Assembly (NCBI GenBank): GCA_041571575.1
Contig: JBFFTZ010000001.1
Location: forward strand, 1 to 25,946
DNA: 25,946 nucleotides
From: Gammaproteobacteria bacterium
GTDB lineage: Bacteria > Pseudomonadota > Gammaproteobacteria > Steroidobacterales > BM003
Direction: 5' to 3'
The notes below the pieces were generated by a model that saw nothing but the letters and a program-made list of their open reading frames with translations, did no database searches and had not been told where the DNA came from. This document shows positions 1-7,876 of the stretch, piece by piece; positions within the stretch are counted from its first letter, which is position 1; each line of letters starts with the position of its first letter. Made by a program: the position numbers and the translations under genes.

Positions 1-93
1 AGCAGTTTGTTCTGCAGGCTTGGGTGCTGCCGGAGCCGGAGCAGTTTGTGCTGCAGGCTTGGGTGCTGCCGGAGCCGGAGCAGTTTGTGCTGC
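1..93 (-). repeat. In-frame 39-bp tandem repeat (at least 2.4 copies) encoding 13-aa units ([13 protein letters not shown]) in the RNase E C-terminal region
   Basis: Units 1-39 and 40-78 differ at 1 base; a partial third unit lies at 79-93; the array may continue beyond the left edge. Confidence 0.9.
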
Positions 94-2361
94 GGGTTGA
101 CTCGATGCTGCGTTATCGCCTGACGCACTTGTAGCAGACTCTGCCTTATTTTCTTCCGGACGCCTGCGCCTTGGGCGACGATCCCGGGGTTGCCTGGGTT
201 CTTGCTTGGGCTGGTCGGGGGTCTGGGCCGCTGCCTGCGGGTTCTGTTGCTCGCCAGACTGTGCCTGCTCGCCGCCTGAAGCATCCTGCTGAGCATTTTC
301 CTGCCCCTGGGCCTGGCTGCCCTGGCCGCCACGACCGGAGCGCCTGCGCCTGCGACGTCCGCCTCGGCGTGAGCGGCTTGTCGGGCCTTGCTGACCGTCG
401 GCACGGGTATCGGCCTGGCTATCCTCCTTGCCAACAACCGGTTCATTCTTGGTTTCGGCAGACTGGTCTTCGTTCTGATTGGGGCGCTTTCCGCGTTTCC
501 GCCTGTTAGCCTCGTCACCACGCTGCTTTTGTTGATCTCCACCCTGTGCTCTGCGGGACCTCTCGCGATTGCGTCCGGAGCGGCCTTCGCTTTCGCCTCT
601 GCGGGGTCGGCGAGAATCTGAACGTCCCTTCGCAGTCGGCCTGGAGGAGCGTGCAGGTTTTTGCGCCGGTTTTTCCTTGGGCTTCAACCAGGCAATCAGC
701 CTTGCGATAAGGCCCGGGCTTTTTTCGGTTTTCACCACGGGCTTTGGAGCCGGAGTCTGGGGGACCATTCCGGAGACTACCGCTTTCACCGGCTCTGGTT
801 TGGGCGCTGCGTAGTCGGGTTCCTTGGCCACGTCTTCTTCTGGCATTGGAATCTGGTAGCTCACCCCCGAATTTTCGGGGAGATCCATCGCGTCATCACG
901 GACGCGGCGGATGCTGTAATTGGGTGTTACGTAATTCGGATTGGCAACAAGGATCAGTTCAACGCCGTGAGATTTTTCTTGCTGTACAACCCAGTCACGC
1001 TTTTCATTAAGCAGATAAGTGGCGACTTCCACGGGCAACTGGGCAATGACCTTGGCGGTCCGCTCCTTGCGCGCATCCTCGCCAATCAGTCGCAACAAGG
1101 CCAGGGAGAGCGACTCGACGTCGCGTATGGTGCCGGAGCCATTACAGCGGGGGCACACCTGGTGAGTGGATTCGCCAAGAGACGGACGCAGCCTCTGGCG
1201 TGACATCTCCAGGAGGCCAAATCGGGAAATGCGCCCGATCTGTACCCGGGCACGGTCGGCCTTCACGGCTTCGCGCAGTCGATTCTCCACCTCGCGCTGG
1301 TTCTTCTGGGGACCCATATCAATAAAATCGATAACGATCAGGCCGCCGTTGTCGCGAATTCTCAACTGGCGCGCAATTTCGTCCGCGGCCTCCAGGTTTG
1401 TGTTAAACGCGGTGGCTTCAATGTCACCGCCCTTGGTGGCCCGTGCCGAGTTGATATCGATAGATACCAGGGCTTCGGTATGGTCAATCACGATGCTGCC
1501 GCCGGAGGGAAGGCTCACGGTGCGGGAGAATGCTGATTCGATCTGGCTTTCCACCTGGAAGCGGGTGAACAGCGGTGTTGGGTCATCATATAACTTCAAT
1601 TTGCGCAGATTCTGGGGCATCACGCGCTCCATGAATTCTGTGGCTTCCTTGAATGTATCGGGGCCGTCAATCAGGATTTCGCCCACATCGTTGCTCAGAT
1701 GATCACGCAGGGCACGCAATATGGCGTTGCTTTCCTGGTAAATCAGAACCGGGGAGGGGAGATTGACAGCGGCAACCTTGATCGCATTCCAGATGGTCAG
1801 CAGGTAATCCATGTCCCACTGCAATTCTTCTGCAGAACGGCCCACGCCGGCTGTGCGCACAATGGCGCCCATCCCTTCGGGAATCTCCATTTCATTGAAC
1901 GAGTCCCGGACGACGTCTCTGTCGCTGCCGGTGATGCGCCGTGAAACGCCGCCCGCACGGGGGTTGTTAGGCATCAGCACCAGGAACCGACCTGCCAGGC
2001 TGACAAAGGTGGTCAGGGCCGCGCCTTTGTTCCCGCGTTCCTCTTTCTCCACCTGGACGACGATGTCCTGTCCTTCCCGCAGTACTTCCTTGATATTTAT
2101 CCGGCCGCTGGAGGAGGGTTTATTAACAAAGTATTCGCTGGAGATCTCTTTTAAGGGCAAGAAACCATGGCGGTCTGCGCCATATTCTACAAACGCGGCT
2201 TCCAGGCTGGGTTCCAGCCGGGTGATCTTGCCCTTGTATATATTGGCCTTTTTCTGTTCCCGGCCAGGGCTTTCTATATCAAGGTCATACAGCTTCTGGC
2301 CGTCGACCATTGCAACTCGCAGCTCTTCCTGCTGAGTCGCATTTATTAGCATTCTCTTCAT
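1..2361 (-). CDS. rne: Ribonuclease E (3'-truncated by the window edge)
   Basis: Absent from the ORF track because it has no stop in the window. Manual translation from ATG at 2361 gives [30 protein letters not shown]; catalytic region [49 protein letters not shown]; Zn-link CPRCNGSG; amphipathic membrane-targeting helix [11 protein letters not shown] (about 682-714); Arg-rich disordered C-terminal half. The frame is open in every segment I translated, including 1140 down to base 1. Confidence 0.97.
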   Translation of the reverse strand, partial: MKRMLINATQQEELRVAMVDGQKLYDLDIESPGREQKKANIYKGKITRLEPSLEAAFVEYGADRHGFLPLKEISSEYFVNKPSSSGRINIKEVLREGQDIVVQVEKEERGNKGAALTTFVSLAGRFLVLMPNNPRAGGVSRRITGSDRDVVRDSFNEMEIPEGMGAIVRTAGVGRSAEELQWDMDYLLTIWNAIKVAAVNLPSPVLIYQESNAILRALRDHLSNDVGEILIDGPDTFKEATEFMERVMPQNLRKLKLYDDPTPLFTRFQVESQIESAFSRTVSLPSGGSIVIDHTEALVSIDINSARATKGGDIEATAFNTNLEAADEIARQLRIRDNGGLIVIDFIDMGPQKNQREVENRLREAVKADRARVQIGRISRFGLLEMSRQRLRPSLGESTHQVCPRCNGSGTIRDVESLSLALLRLIGEDARKERTAKVIAQLPVEVATYLLNEKRDWVVQQEKSHGVELILVANPNYVTPNYSIRRVRDDAMDLPENSGVSYQIPMPEEDVAKEPDYAAPKPEPVKAVVSGMVPQTPAPKPVVKTEKSPGLIARLIAWLKPKEKPAQKPARSSRPTAKGRSDSRRPRRGESEGRSGRNRERSRRAQGGDQQKQRGDEANRRKRGKRPNQNEDQSAETKNEPVVGKEDSQADTRADGQQGPTSRSRRGGRRRRRRSGRGGQGSQAQGQENAQQDASGGEQAQSGEQQNPQAAAQTPDQPKQEPRQPRDRRPRRRRPEENKAESATSASGDNAASSQPAAQTAPAPAAPKPAAQTAPAPAAPKPAEQTA

Positions 2362-2708
2362 CGGTCCCAACTCGCAAAGTCATGCGCGGGGCCGAGTGTC
2401 CCGGTTCAGGCAAGGTCGTCTAGAGGGTGGAAGTTCGAATAGTTATTTTAGGGCTCTTCGTTCAACCTACCGCGGCGTCAAGCGCCAGCGATTCTCGTAA
2501 AATCCTGCCCGAGCATATTCGCGGCAGACGCTCCATGTTTTCTGCCCTCAGCCTGTTTCAGGCGGGGCAAATCAGCGCGTCTCCGAGACATCTTCAGCCC
2601 AGCGGGGGCTATGTGCCCAGGTAAAAACATCCCCAAGCCCGACGGGCTTGGTTCTAAAACTCGAATGACCCGTTACGCTTTTCCAATCAGGCGCATACGG
2701 GTCGCCAG
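2362..2708 (-). promoter_or_regulatory. Long structured rne 5' leader (about 347 nt)
   Basis: Lies between the predicted +1 (about 2708) and the rne ATG. Stem-loops visible by eye at 2667-2703, 2633-2651, 2596-2610, and 2543-2569 nested inside 2526-2582. Length resembles the autoregulatory E. coli rne leader. Confidence 0.6.
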
Positions 2709-2714
2709 TGCGGT

Positions 2715-2743
2715 ACTATAACAACCGTTTTGACCACTATCAA
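2715..2743 (-). promoter_or_regulatory. Sigma70-type promoter for rne
   Basis: Minus strand TTGATA (2743-2738) - 17 nt - TATAGT (2720-2715). Confidence 0.7.
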
Positions 2744-2758
2744 TGGAAGATCAATAGG

Positions 2759-3712
2759 ATGGCGCAGGCTGCGGTTAGCACGGGCGTGAGGTTGGTGACT
2801 GTTGGGGACGAGTTTGCCGGGCAAAGGGTGGACAATTTCCTTATGCGGGAGCTCAAAGGGGTGCCAAGAACCCTTATTTACCGGATTATTCGCAAGGGCG
2901 AGGTCAGGGTGAACCGATCCAGAGTCCAGCCCAGCCAAAAGCTGTGTTCCGGCGACCTGGTCAGAATCCCTCCGGTACGGGCCGCCACGCCAGGCGCTCC
3001 GCCCACTGAATCACGCGCGAAAAGGGTGCTTGAGCATGTCTTGTTCGAGGACGATCGCCTGATGGTGATTGACAAGCCCTCGGGAATGGCCAGCCATGGC
3101 GGCAGCGGGATAAATCATGGCGTGATTGAGTTAATGAGAGCTGCCAGGCCGGATTTGCAATACCTGGAGCTGGTCCATCGACTGGATCGCGATACCAGCG
3201 GTTGCATGATGCTGGCCAAGCGACGCAGCGCCCTGAGGGCTCTCCACGAGCAGTTGCGAGAAGGCAAGGTGGAAAAGCATTATCTTGCCCTGGTTCGGGG
3301 TCATTGGGACTATGGCACCCGCAAGGTTGAGTATCCCCTGGCGACCCATACGCGCCAGGGGGGAGAGCGGCACGTAACGGTAGATGAATCGGGAAAGTAT
3401 GCCCTGAGTATTTTTCGCCCGGTGGAAACCTCCAGGGTCGCATCCCTCGTGGAAGTAAAGATTGGCACGGGCCGCACCCACCAGATTCGTGTTCATGCCG
3501 CCGCGATGGATCACCCGATTGCCGGGGATCCCAGGTACGGGGACAAGGACTGGAACAAGGAATTGGGGAAAATGGGTCTGAAGCGCCTGTTCCTGCACGC
3601 TACAGCCCTGACGTTCACTCACCCCAAGTCGGGTGAGTCAGTGCTGGTGAATGCGCCGTTGCCGGAAGATCTATCCAGCGCCATGGAAAGAATCATGTCC
3701 TCCGGGCGCTAG
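2759..3712 (+). CDS. rluC: 23S rRNA pseudouridine synthase, RluC type (S4 domain plus RluA-family catalytic domain)
   Basis: S4 domain QRVDNFL...IYRIIRKGEVRVN; catalytic motif VHRLDRDTSG; GRTHQIRVH; conserved position divergent from rne. ATG 2759 preferred over the ORF-track start 2708. Confidence 0.93.
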   Translation: MAQAAVSTGVRLVTVGDEFAGQRVDNFLMRELKGVPRTLIYRIIRKGEVRVNRSRVQPSQKLCSGDLVRIPPVRAATPGAPPTESRAKRVLEHVLFEDDRLMVIDKPSGMASHGGSGINHGVIELMRAARPDLQYLELVHRLDRDTSGCMMLAKRRSALRALHEQLREGKVEKHYLALVRGHWDYGTRKVEYPLATHTRQGGERHVTVDESGKYALSIFRPVETSRVASLVEVKIGTGRTHQIRVHAAAMDHPIAGDPRYGDKDWNKELGKMGLKRLFLHATALTFTHPKSGESVLVNAPLPEDLSSAMERIMSSGR

Positions 3713-3727
3713 GGGCAAGGAGGGCGT

Positions 3728-4315
3728 TCAGGGATTGGGCAGGCCCAGGCTTCTGAGGCTGTTGCTTACCCAGATCAATGGCAGGCCGGTCAGGGCCGTG
3801 GGGTCCTGGCTGTCTATAGCGGTGAACAGGCTGATTCCCAGCGCTTCTGCCTTGAATGCTCCCGCGCAGTCCAGGGGGAGTTCTGCCTCGACGTAGCGTT
3901 GAATTTCCGCGAGTTCCAGGTCTCGGAAGCTGACCCGGGTTACATCCAGGTGATCAAGCCTGGCTCCGCCCGGTCCGATTATGGTCACGGCAGTATAGAA
4001 GTTGACGGTTTTGCCGCCGCAGCGCTGTAGTTGGGCTACCGCCCGTTCGGTGGTGCCGGGTTTACGCAGGCGTTCCCCGTCCAGGTCCGCCACCTGGTCA
4101 GAGCCGATAACAATGGCCTGCTGGTGGTGTTTCCAGACATCCCGGGCCTTGGCATAAGCCAGGCGGGCGGCCAGTTCCTGGTTGTTCTCATCGCCATCCG
4201 CGGTTTCGTCGGCATTGGAGGGAATAGCGTCAAATGGCAGCTTCAGCCTCTCAAGCAGGGCTTTCCGGTAGGCCGACGTTGAGGCCAGGATCAGCTTGGG
4301 GGATGAGTTGGGCAT
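3728..4315 (-). CDS. yceF: Maf-family nucleotide pyrophosphatase, YceF-like
   Basis: LILASTSAYRKALL, IGSDQ, LRKP, CAGAFKAE motifs; divergent from yceD as in other gammaproteobacteria. Confidence 0.9.
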   Translation of the reverse strand: MPNSSPKLILASTSAYRKALLERLKLPFDAIPSNADETADGDENNQELAARLAYAKARDVWKHHQQAIVIGSDQVADLDGERLRKPGTTERAVAQLQRCGGKTVNFYTAVTIIGPGGARLDHLDVTRVSFRDLELAEIQRYVEAELPLDCAGAFKAEALGISLFTAIDSQDPTALTGLPLIWVSNSLRSLGLPNP

Positions 4316-4414
4316 GCGGGAATTCCGGGGTTTGGGCTACAGGGGCGCACAGTTTGCCTAAGTTTTGGCCGCCTGTCAGGGTTTCTTGCTCTACAGAAAA
4401 TATCTCATAACACT

Positions 4415-4443
4415 TTGACTGGCCAAGTTTATCCGAGTAAAAT
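4415..4443 (+). promoter_or_regulatory. Sigma70 promoter for yceD-rpmF(-plsX-fabH)
   Basis: TTGACT (4415-4420) - 17 nt - TAAAAT (4438-4443), followed by a GC-rich discriminator TGGCCG. Confidence 0.75.
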
Positions 4444-4452
4444 TGGCCGATT

Positions 4453-5034
4453 ATGTCGCGCTCACTCACAGGACTAGTGAATCTTCGGGAACTGGCCCGG
4501 CAAGAAGCCTCAATAGAGGCACGGTTGCCGTTGTCGGAATTTGAGCGTGTAGTTGCTCTGTCAACGCCTGGTGATTACAAGGTTGGCGAATCCGAAGAGA
4601 GCGTCATTCGAGTAAGTTTACGTTTCTCCGAGAATCACGACCTGGTGTTTCTCAGGGGTGATCTGGAGGGTTCGGTGAAACTGACCTGCCAGCGTTGCCT
4701 GGAGGTCATGGAATATTCCCTGGCCGGTCCCGTTAAACTTGCCGTGAGTGAGACAGAACGGGAAGTCGAGGGGCTTCCAAAAGGCTTTGAGTTGATCTGT
4801 CTGCTAGATACAGATGATGTTGGACTCAAGCTTGACGAGGTTCATTTGCTGCCGATGGTGGAGGATGAACTTTTGTTGCGAATACCGTTGGTTCCCATGC
4901 ATGGCGAGGGGGCTGAATGTTCGGGGCGAGCCAGGATCGGAGAGGTTTCCGATGAGGCAGATCCGAAAGAAAACATTACCAGACCATTTTCTGCATTGGC
5001 CGATTTGATGGCGAGTAAGGGAAAGGGACATTAA
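4453..5034 (+). CDS. yceD: YceD/DUF177 family protein
   Basis: LTCQRCLE metal motif, VEDELLLRIPLVPMH, C-terminal RPFSALADL; position upstream of rpmF. Confidence 0.9.
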   Translation: MSRSLTGLVNLRELARQEASIEARLPLSEFERVVALSTPGDYKVGESEESVIRVSLRFSENHDLVFLRGDLEGSVKLTCQRCLEVMEYSLAGPVKLAVSETEREVEGLPKGFELICLLDTDDVGLKLDEVHLLPMVEDELLLRIPLVPMHGEGAECSGRARIGEVSDEADPKENITRPFSALADLMASKGKGH

Positions 5035-5076
5035 AACGAATTACGCATTTATCGAATTCAGTATCAGGAGATAACA

Positions 5077-5268
5077 ATGGCCGTTCAAAAGAATCGAAAG
5101 AGCACGTCTCGCAGGGACATGCGTCGTTCGCACGATTCCTTGTCCAAGCCCACCTTGTCCGTGGAGCCCACCACTGGTGAAACCCACCGGCGCCACCATG
5201 TAAGCGCTGACGGTTACTACCGTGGCAAGAAAGTGATTGAGACTCAGCAGGTTCAGGACGACGAGTAG
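5077..5268 (+). CDS. rpmF: 50S ribosomal protein L32 (cysteine-free form)
   Basis: [20 protein letters not shown]...[20 protein letters not shown]; SD CAGGAG upstream. Confidence 0.97.
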   Translation: MAVQKNRKSTSRRDMRRSHDSLSKPTLSVEPTTGETHRRHHVSADGYYRGKKVIETQQVQDDE

Positions 5269-5282
5269 GTCATCCTTGCGAC

Positions 5283-5305
5283 GACCCTGGAAAGTTTTCG
5301 GGGTC
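5283..5305 (+). other. Intergenic stem-loop between rpmF and plsX
   Basis: GACCCTGGAA-AGT-TTTCGGGGTC can form about 10 bp including two G-U pairs; no downstream U-tract. Confidence 0.4.
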
Positions 5306-5358
5306 ATCGGGAAAGAGCTTAATTGAACTCCCCGGCTGCTAATTCCAATTCTCGCAAA

Positions 5359-6345
5359 ATGACGATCGCCGTGGACGCCATGAGTGGCGACTACGGCGTT
5401 CGCGTTTGTGTGCCTGCTGCCTTGGCAATGGCCCGCGAGAATCCTGCGCTGACGTTCATTCTGGTTGGTGACACCTCAGTGCTGGAGCCGATGGTCCCGG
5501 CTAATTTGTCCGAGCAGGTCCGGATTCAGCACAGTTCCGAGATCGTCTCCATGGACGAGAAGCCTGTCGATGCCCTTCGCAAGAAGAAAGACTCATCAAT
5601 GCGGGTCGCCATCAACCTGGTCAAGCAGGGTGATGCCGATGCCTGCGTGAGCGCGGGAAATACCGGTGCTCTCATGGCTACCGCCAAGTTTGTTCTCAAG
5701 ACCCTGCCGGGTATCGATCGACCAGCCATCATGTCTGCCGTGCCGTCGATCGGCGGGCATACTCACATGCTGGACCTGGGCGCCAACTCAGAGTGTTCTG
5801 CGGAACAGTTATTCCAGTTCGGTGTCATGGGTTCTGTAGTTGCCGCGGATTTTCACGGTATGGAATCCCCCAGGATAGGTCTGCTGAATATTGGTTCGGA
5901 AGAGCTAAAGGGGAACGAGACTGTCCGTGAGGCCCATGCCCTGCTTAAAGCCAGTTCTTTGAACTACGTGGGCTTTGTTGAGGGTAACGATATCTTCAGG
6001 GGTACCGTCGATGTGGTGGTTACTGACGGTTTCACCGGGAATATTTCATTAAAGACCATGGAAGGTGCTGCCCAGATGATTTCCTACAGTATGCGCGAGG
6101 AATTCACCCGTGGCTGGCTGCGAAAACTGCAGGCTCTGGCGGCTTTGCCGGCCTTGCGGGCCATGCGGGCGAGGATGGATCCCCGTCGATATAACGGTGC
6201 CAGTCTTTTGGGTTTGAACGGTATCGTGGTAAAAAGTCATGGAAGCGCTGACGAGTTAGCGTTTCAAAACGCATTACGCACCGCTGCGGTCGAGGTCGAA
6301 AAAGACGTGCCGCAACAGATTCGCCGCACATTACAGAAAGATTAA
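5359..6345 (+). CDS. plsX: Phosphate acyltransferase PlsX
   Basis: IAVDAMSGD, CVSAGNTGALM, LDLGAN, LLNIGSEELKG, DVVVTDGFTGN, VVKSHG motifs. Start is either ATG 5359 or TTG 5323. Confidence 0.95.
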   Translation: MTIAVDAMSGDYGVRVCVPAALAMARENPALTFILVGDTSVLEPMVPANLSEQVRIQHSSEIVSMDEKPVDALRKKKDSSMRVAINLVKQGDADACVSAGNTGALMATAKFVLKTLPGIDRPAIMSAVPSIGGHTHMLDLGANSECSAEQLFQFGVMGSVVAADFHGMESPRIGLLNIGSEELKGNETVREAHALLKASSLNYVGFVEGNDIFRGTVDVVVTDGFTGNISLKTMEGAAQMISYSMREEFTRGWLRKLQALAALPALRAMRARMDPRRYNGASLLGLNGIVVKSHGSADELAFQNALRTAAVEVEKDVPQQIRRTLQKD

Positions 6346-6349
6346 AACT

Positions 6350-7315
6350 ATGTATTCGCGGATTGTTGGTACCGGACGCTATTTGCCGGAAAAGATTCTT
6401 ACAAATGCCGAACTCGAAACCATGGTGCAAACCACCAGTGAATGGATTCTGAGTCGCACGGGCATTGAGCGCCGACATATCGCGGCTGACCATGAAAGCA
6501 CCAGCACCATGGCAACCGAGGCTGCACGCAAGGCCATGGAAGCGGCCGGTGTTGGGCCCGAAGAGATCGACTTTGTGATTGTTGGCACTACGACCCCGGA
6601 CAGGATTTTCCCGAATGTGGGTTGCCTGGTGGCCAATGCGTTGGGATTTGGCGAAGCGCCTGCCATGTCGGTTGAGGCAGCATGCAGTGGGTTTATCTAT
6701 GCGCTGAGTATTGCCGACAAGTACATCCGGTGTGGCGAGGCCAAGTGCGCGCTGGTCATTGGCGCAGAAACCCTGTCACGGATAGTTGACTGGGAAGATC
6801 GCCAGACCTGCGTGCTGTTTGGTGACGGCGCTGGTGCCGTGATCCTTAAGTCTTCCGAAGAGGAGGGTGTGATTTCGACGCATCTGAATGCCAACGGAGC
6901 TTACAAGGACTTGCTTTACAGTACCGGTGGCGTGTCCTGCCCCCGGGATTCGGATGAACTCGGTGAGGCCCGCATCAAAATGCGCGGTAACGAAGTCTTC
7001 AAGGTGGCAGTTACCAAGCTGGGTGAGATCGTCCAGCAGACATTGGCTGCCAATAACCTTGAGAAATCCGACATCGACTGGTTGATACCCCACCAGGCAA
7101 ATAATCGCATCATCACGGCAACGGCAAAGAAACTGGGCATGCCCATGGAACGGGTGATATTGACCGTTCAGGATCACGGCAATACCTCAGCCGCATCGGT
7201 CCCGCTGGCACTGGATGTGGCGGTGAGAAGTGGCAAGCTCAAGCACGGCGACTTGCTGTTGCTGGAGGCATTTGGTGGTGGATTTACGTGGGGATCGGCG
7301 CTGATTCGTTACTAG
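6350..7315 (+). CDS. fabH: Beta-ketoacyl-ACP synthase III
   Basis: Catalytic triad motifs AACSGF, PHQAN, HGNTSAAS; LFGDGAGA; C-terminal AFGGGFTWG. Confidence 0.96.
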   Translation: MYSRIVGTGRYLPEKILTNAELETMVQTTSEWILSRTGIERRHIAADHESTSTMATEAARKAMEAAGVGPEEIDFVIVGTTTPDRIFPNVGCLVANALGFGEAPAMSVEAACSGFIYALSIADKYIRCGEAKCALVIGAETLSRIVDWEDRQTCVLFGDGAGAVILKSSEEEGVISTHLNANGAYKDLLYSTGGVSCPRDSDELGEARIKMRGNEVFKVAVTKLGEIVQQTLAANNLEKSDIDWLIPHQANNRIITATAKKLGMPMERVILTVQDHGNTSAASVPLALDVAVRSGKLKHGDLLLLEAFGGGFTWGSALIRY

Positions 7316-7370
7316 CGCAATCGTGCTCCCGGCAGACGGCCCCGGACAGGCGCGGAAGAGCTGGGACAGA

Positions 7371-7562
7371 TTATCTCTTGATCCTTCGACGCCAGACTTC
7401 GGCGGGATTCCAGCCAGTGGTTAGCGGTTTGCCTTGAGCGGGACTGGATTCCTTGTCCTGCTTCTGGGCCAGTTGAGCCGGGCTCCACTGATCCAGTTTT
7501 TCATTCTGGCTAGGCACTGCCTCGATACTGTCATCAGCAGCTTGGCTAAGGCGCAGGTTCAT
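7371..7562 (-). CDS. Small hypothetical protein, 63 aa (MNLRLSQAADD...GWNPAEVWRRRIKR)
   Basis: ATG at 7562 preceded by SD-like GAGGG 6 nt upstream; a -10 element and CRP-type box sit at ideal spacing upstream; fills the gap between fabH and the GST gene. No family recognised with certainty. Confidence 0.65.
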   Translation of the reverse strand: MNLRLSQAADDSIEAVPSQNEKLDQWSPAQLAQKQDKESSPAQGKPLTTGWNPAEVWRRRIKR

Positions 7563-7586
7563 CGTATTCCCTCGATTCGGACGACT

Positions 7587-7629
7587 ACTGTATTCCCCGG
7601 ATTTTGGTGAAACTGTGACCGACTTCACA
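7587..7629 (-). promoter_or_regulatory. Class II CRP-type promoter for the 63-aa ORF
   Basis: TGTGA-ccgact-TCACA at 7614-7629 (perfect CRP core); -10-like TACAGT at 7592-7587 on the minus strand; predicted +1 about 7580, placing the box centre at -41.5. Confidence 0.7.
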
Positions 7630-7876
7630 AATGTCTTTTTCGGTAAATTCAGAAATCAACTCAAAGTCTTTGCAAAACAGGGCCTAGCAATATACACCAA
7701 AAGTAAAATGTAATGCAAAAAACCGTCGCAAATCAGAGACAGTGGGCGCATTTGTACGGGTTTTCCGCAAAAATAGACCCGGCGCAGGCCGCCGACATGA
7801 ATCGTGAAGCAATCTTGCAGTCTGGGTCGGCAGCGAAACACGATAATTCCGGGAACAGCAAAGTACGGAGAGAATA

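Noticed and set aside
1-93. Direct repeats that could be mistaken for a CRISPR array
   Set aside because: The units abut with no spacers, are a multiple of 3 nt, lie in frame within rne, and no cas genes are present.
171-2349. Plus-strand ORFs of 60-180 aa in the ORF track
   Set aside because: All are antisense to rne and show no recognisable motifs; they appear only because rne was not called.
2633-2651. CCAAGCCC-GAC-GGGCTTGG hairpin as a REP or IS200/IS605 end
   Set aside because: Single copy in the window, no transposase nearby, and better explained as part of the rne leader.
7563-7628. 22-aa N-terminal extension of the small ORF (ORF-track start 7628)
   Set aside because: That start lies inside the CRP box and upstream of the predicted TSS; ATG 7562 has the SD.
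7670-7700. Sigma54 (-24/-12) promoter candidates on the minus strand
   Set aside because: GG-to-GC spacings are 8 and 9 nt, not the required 10.
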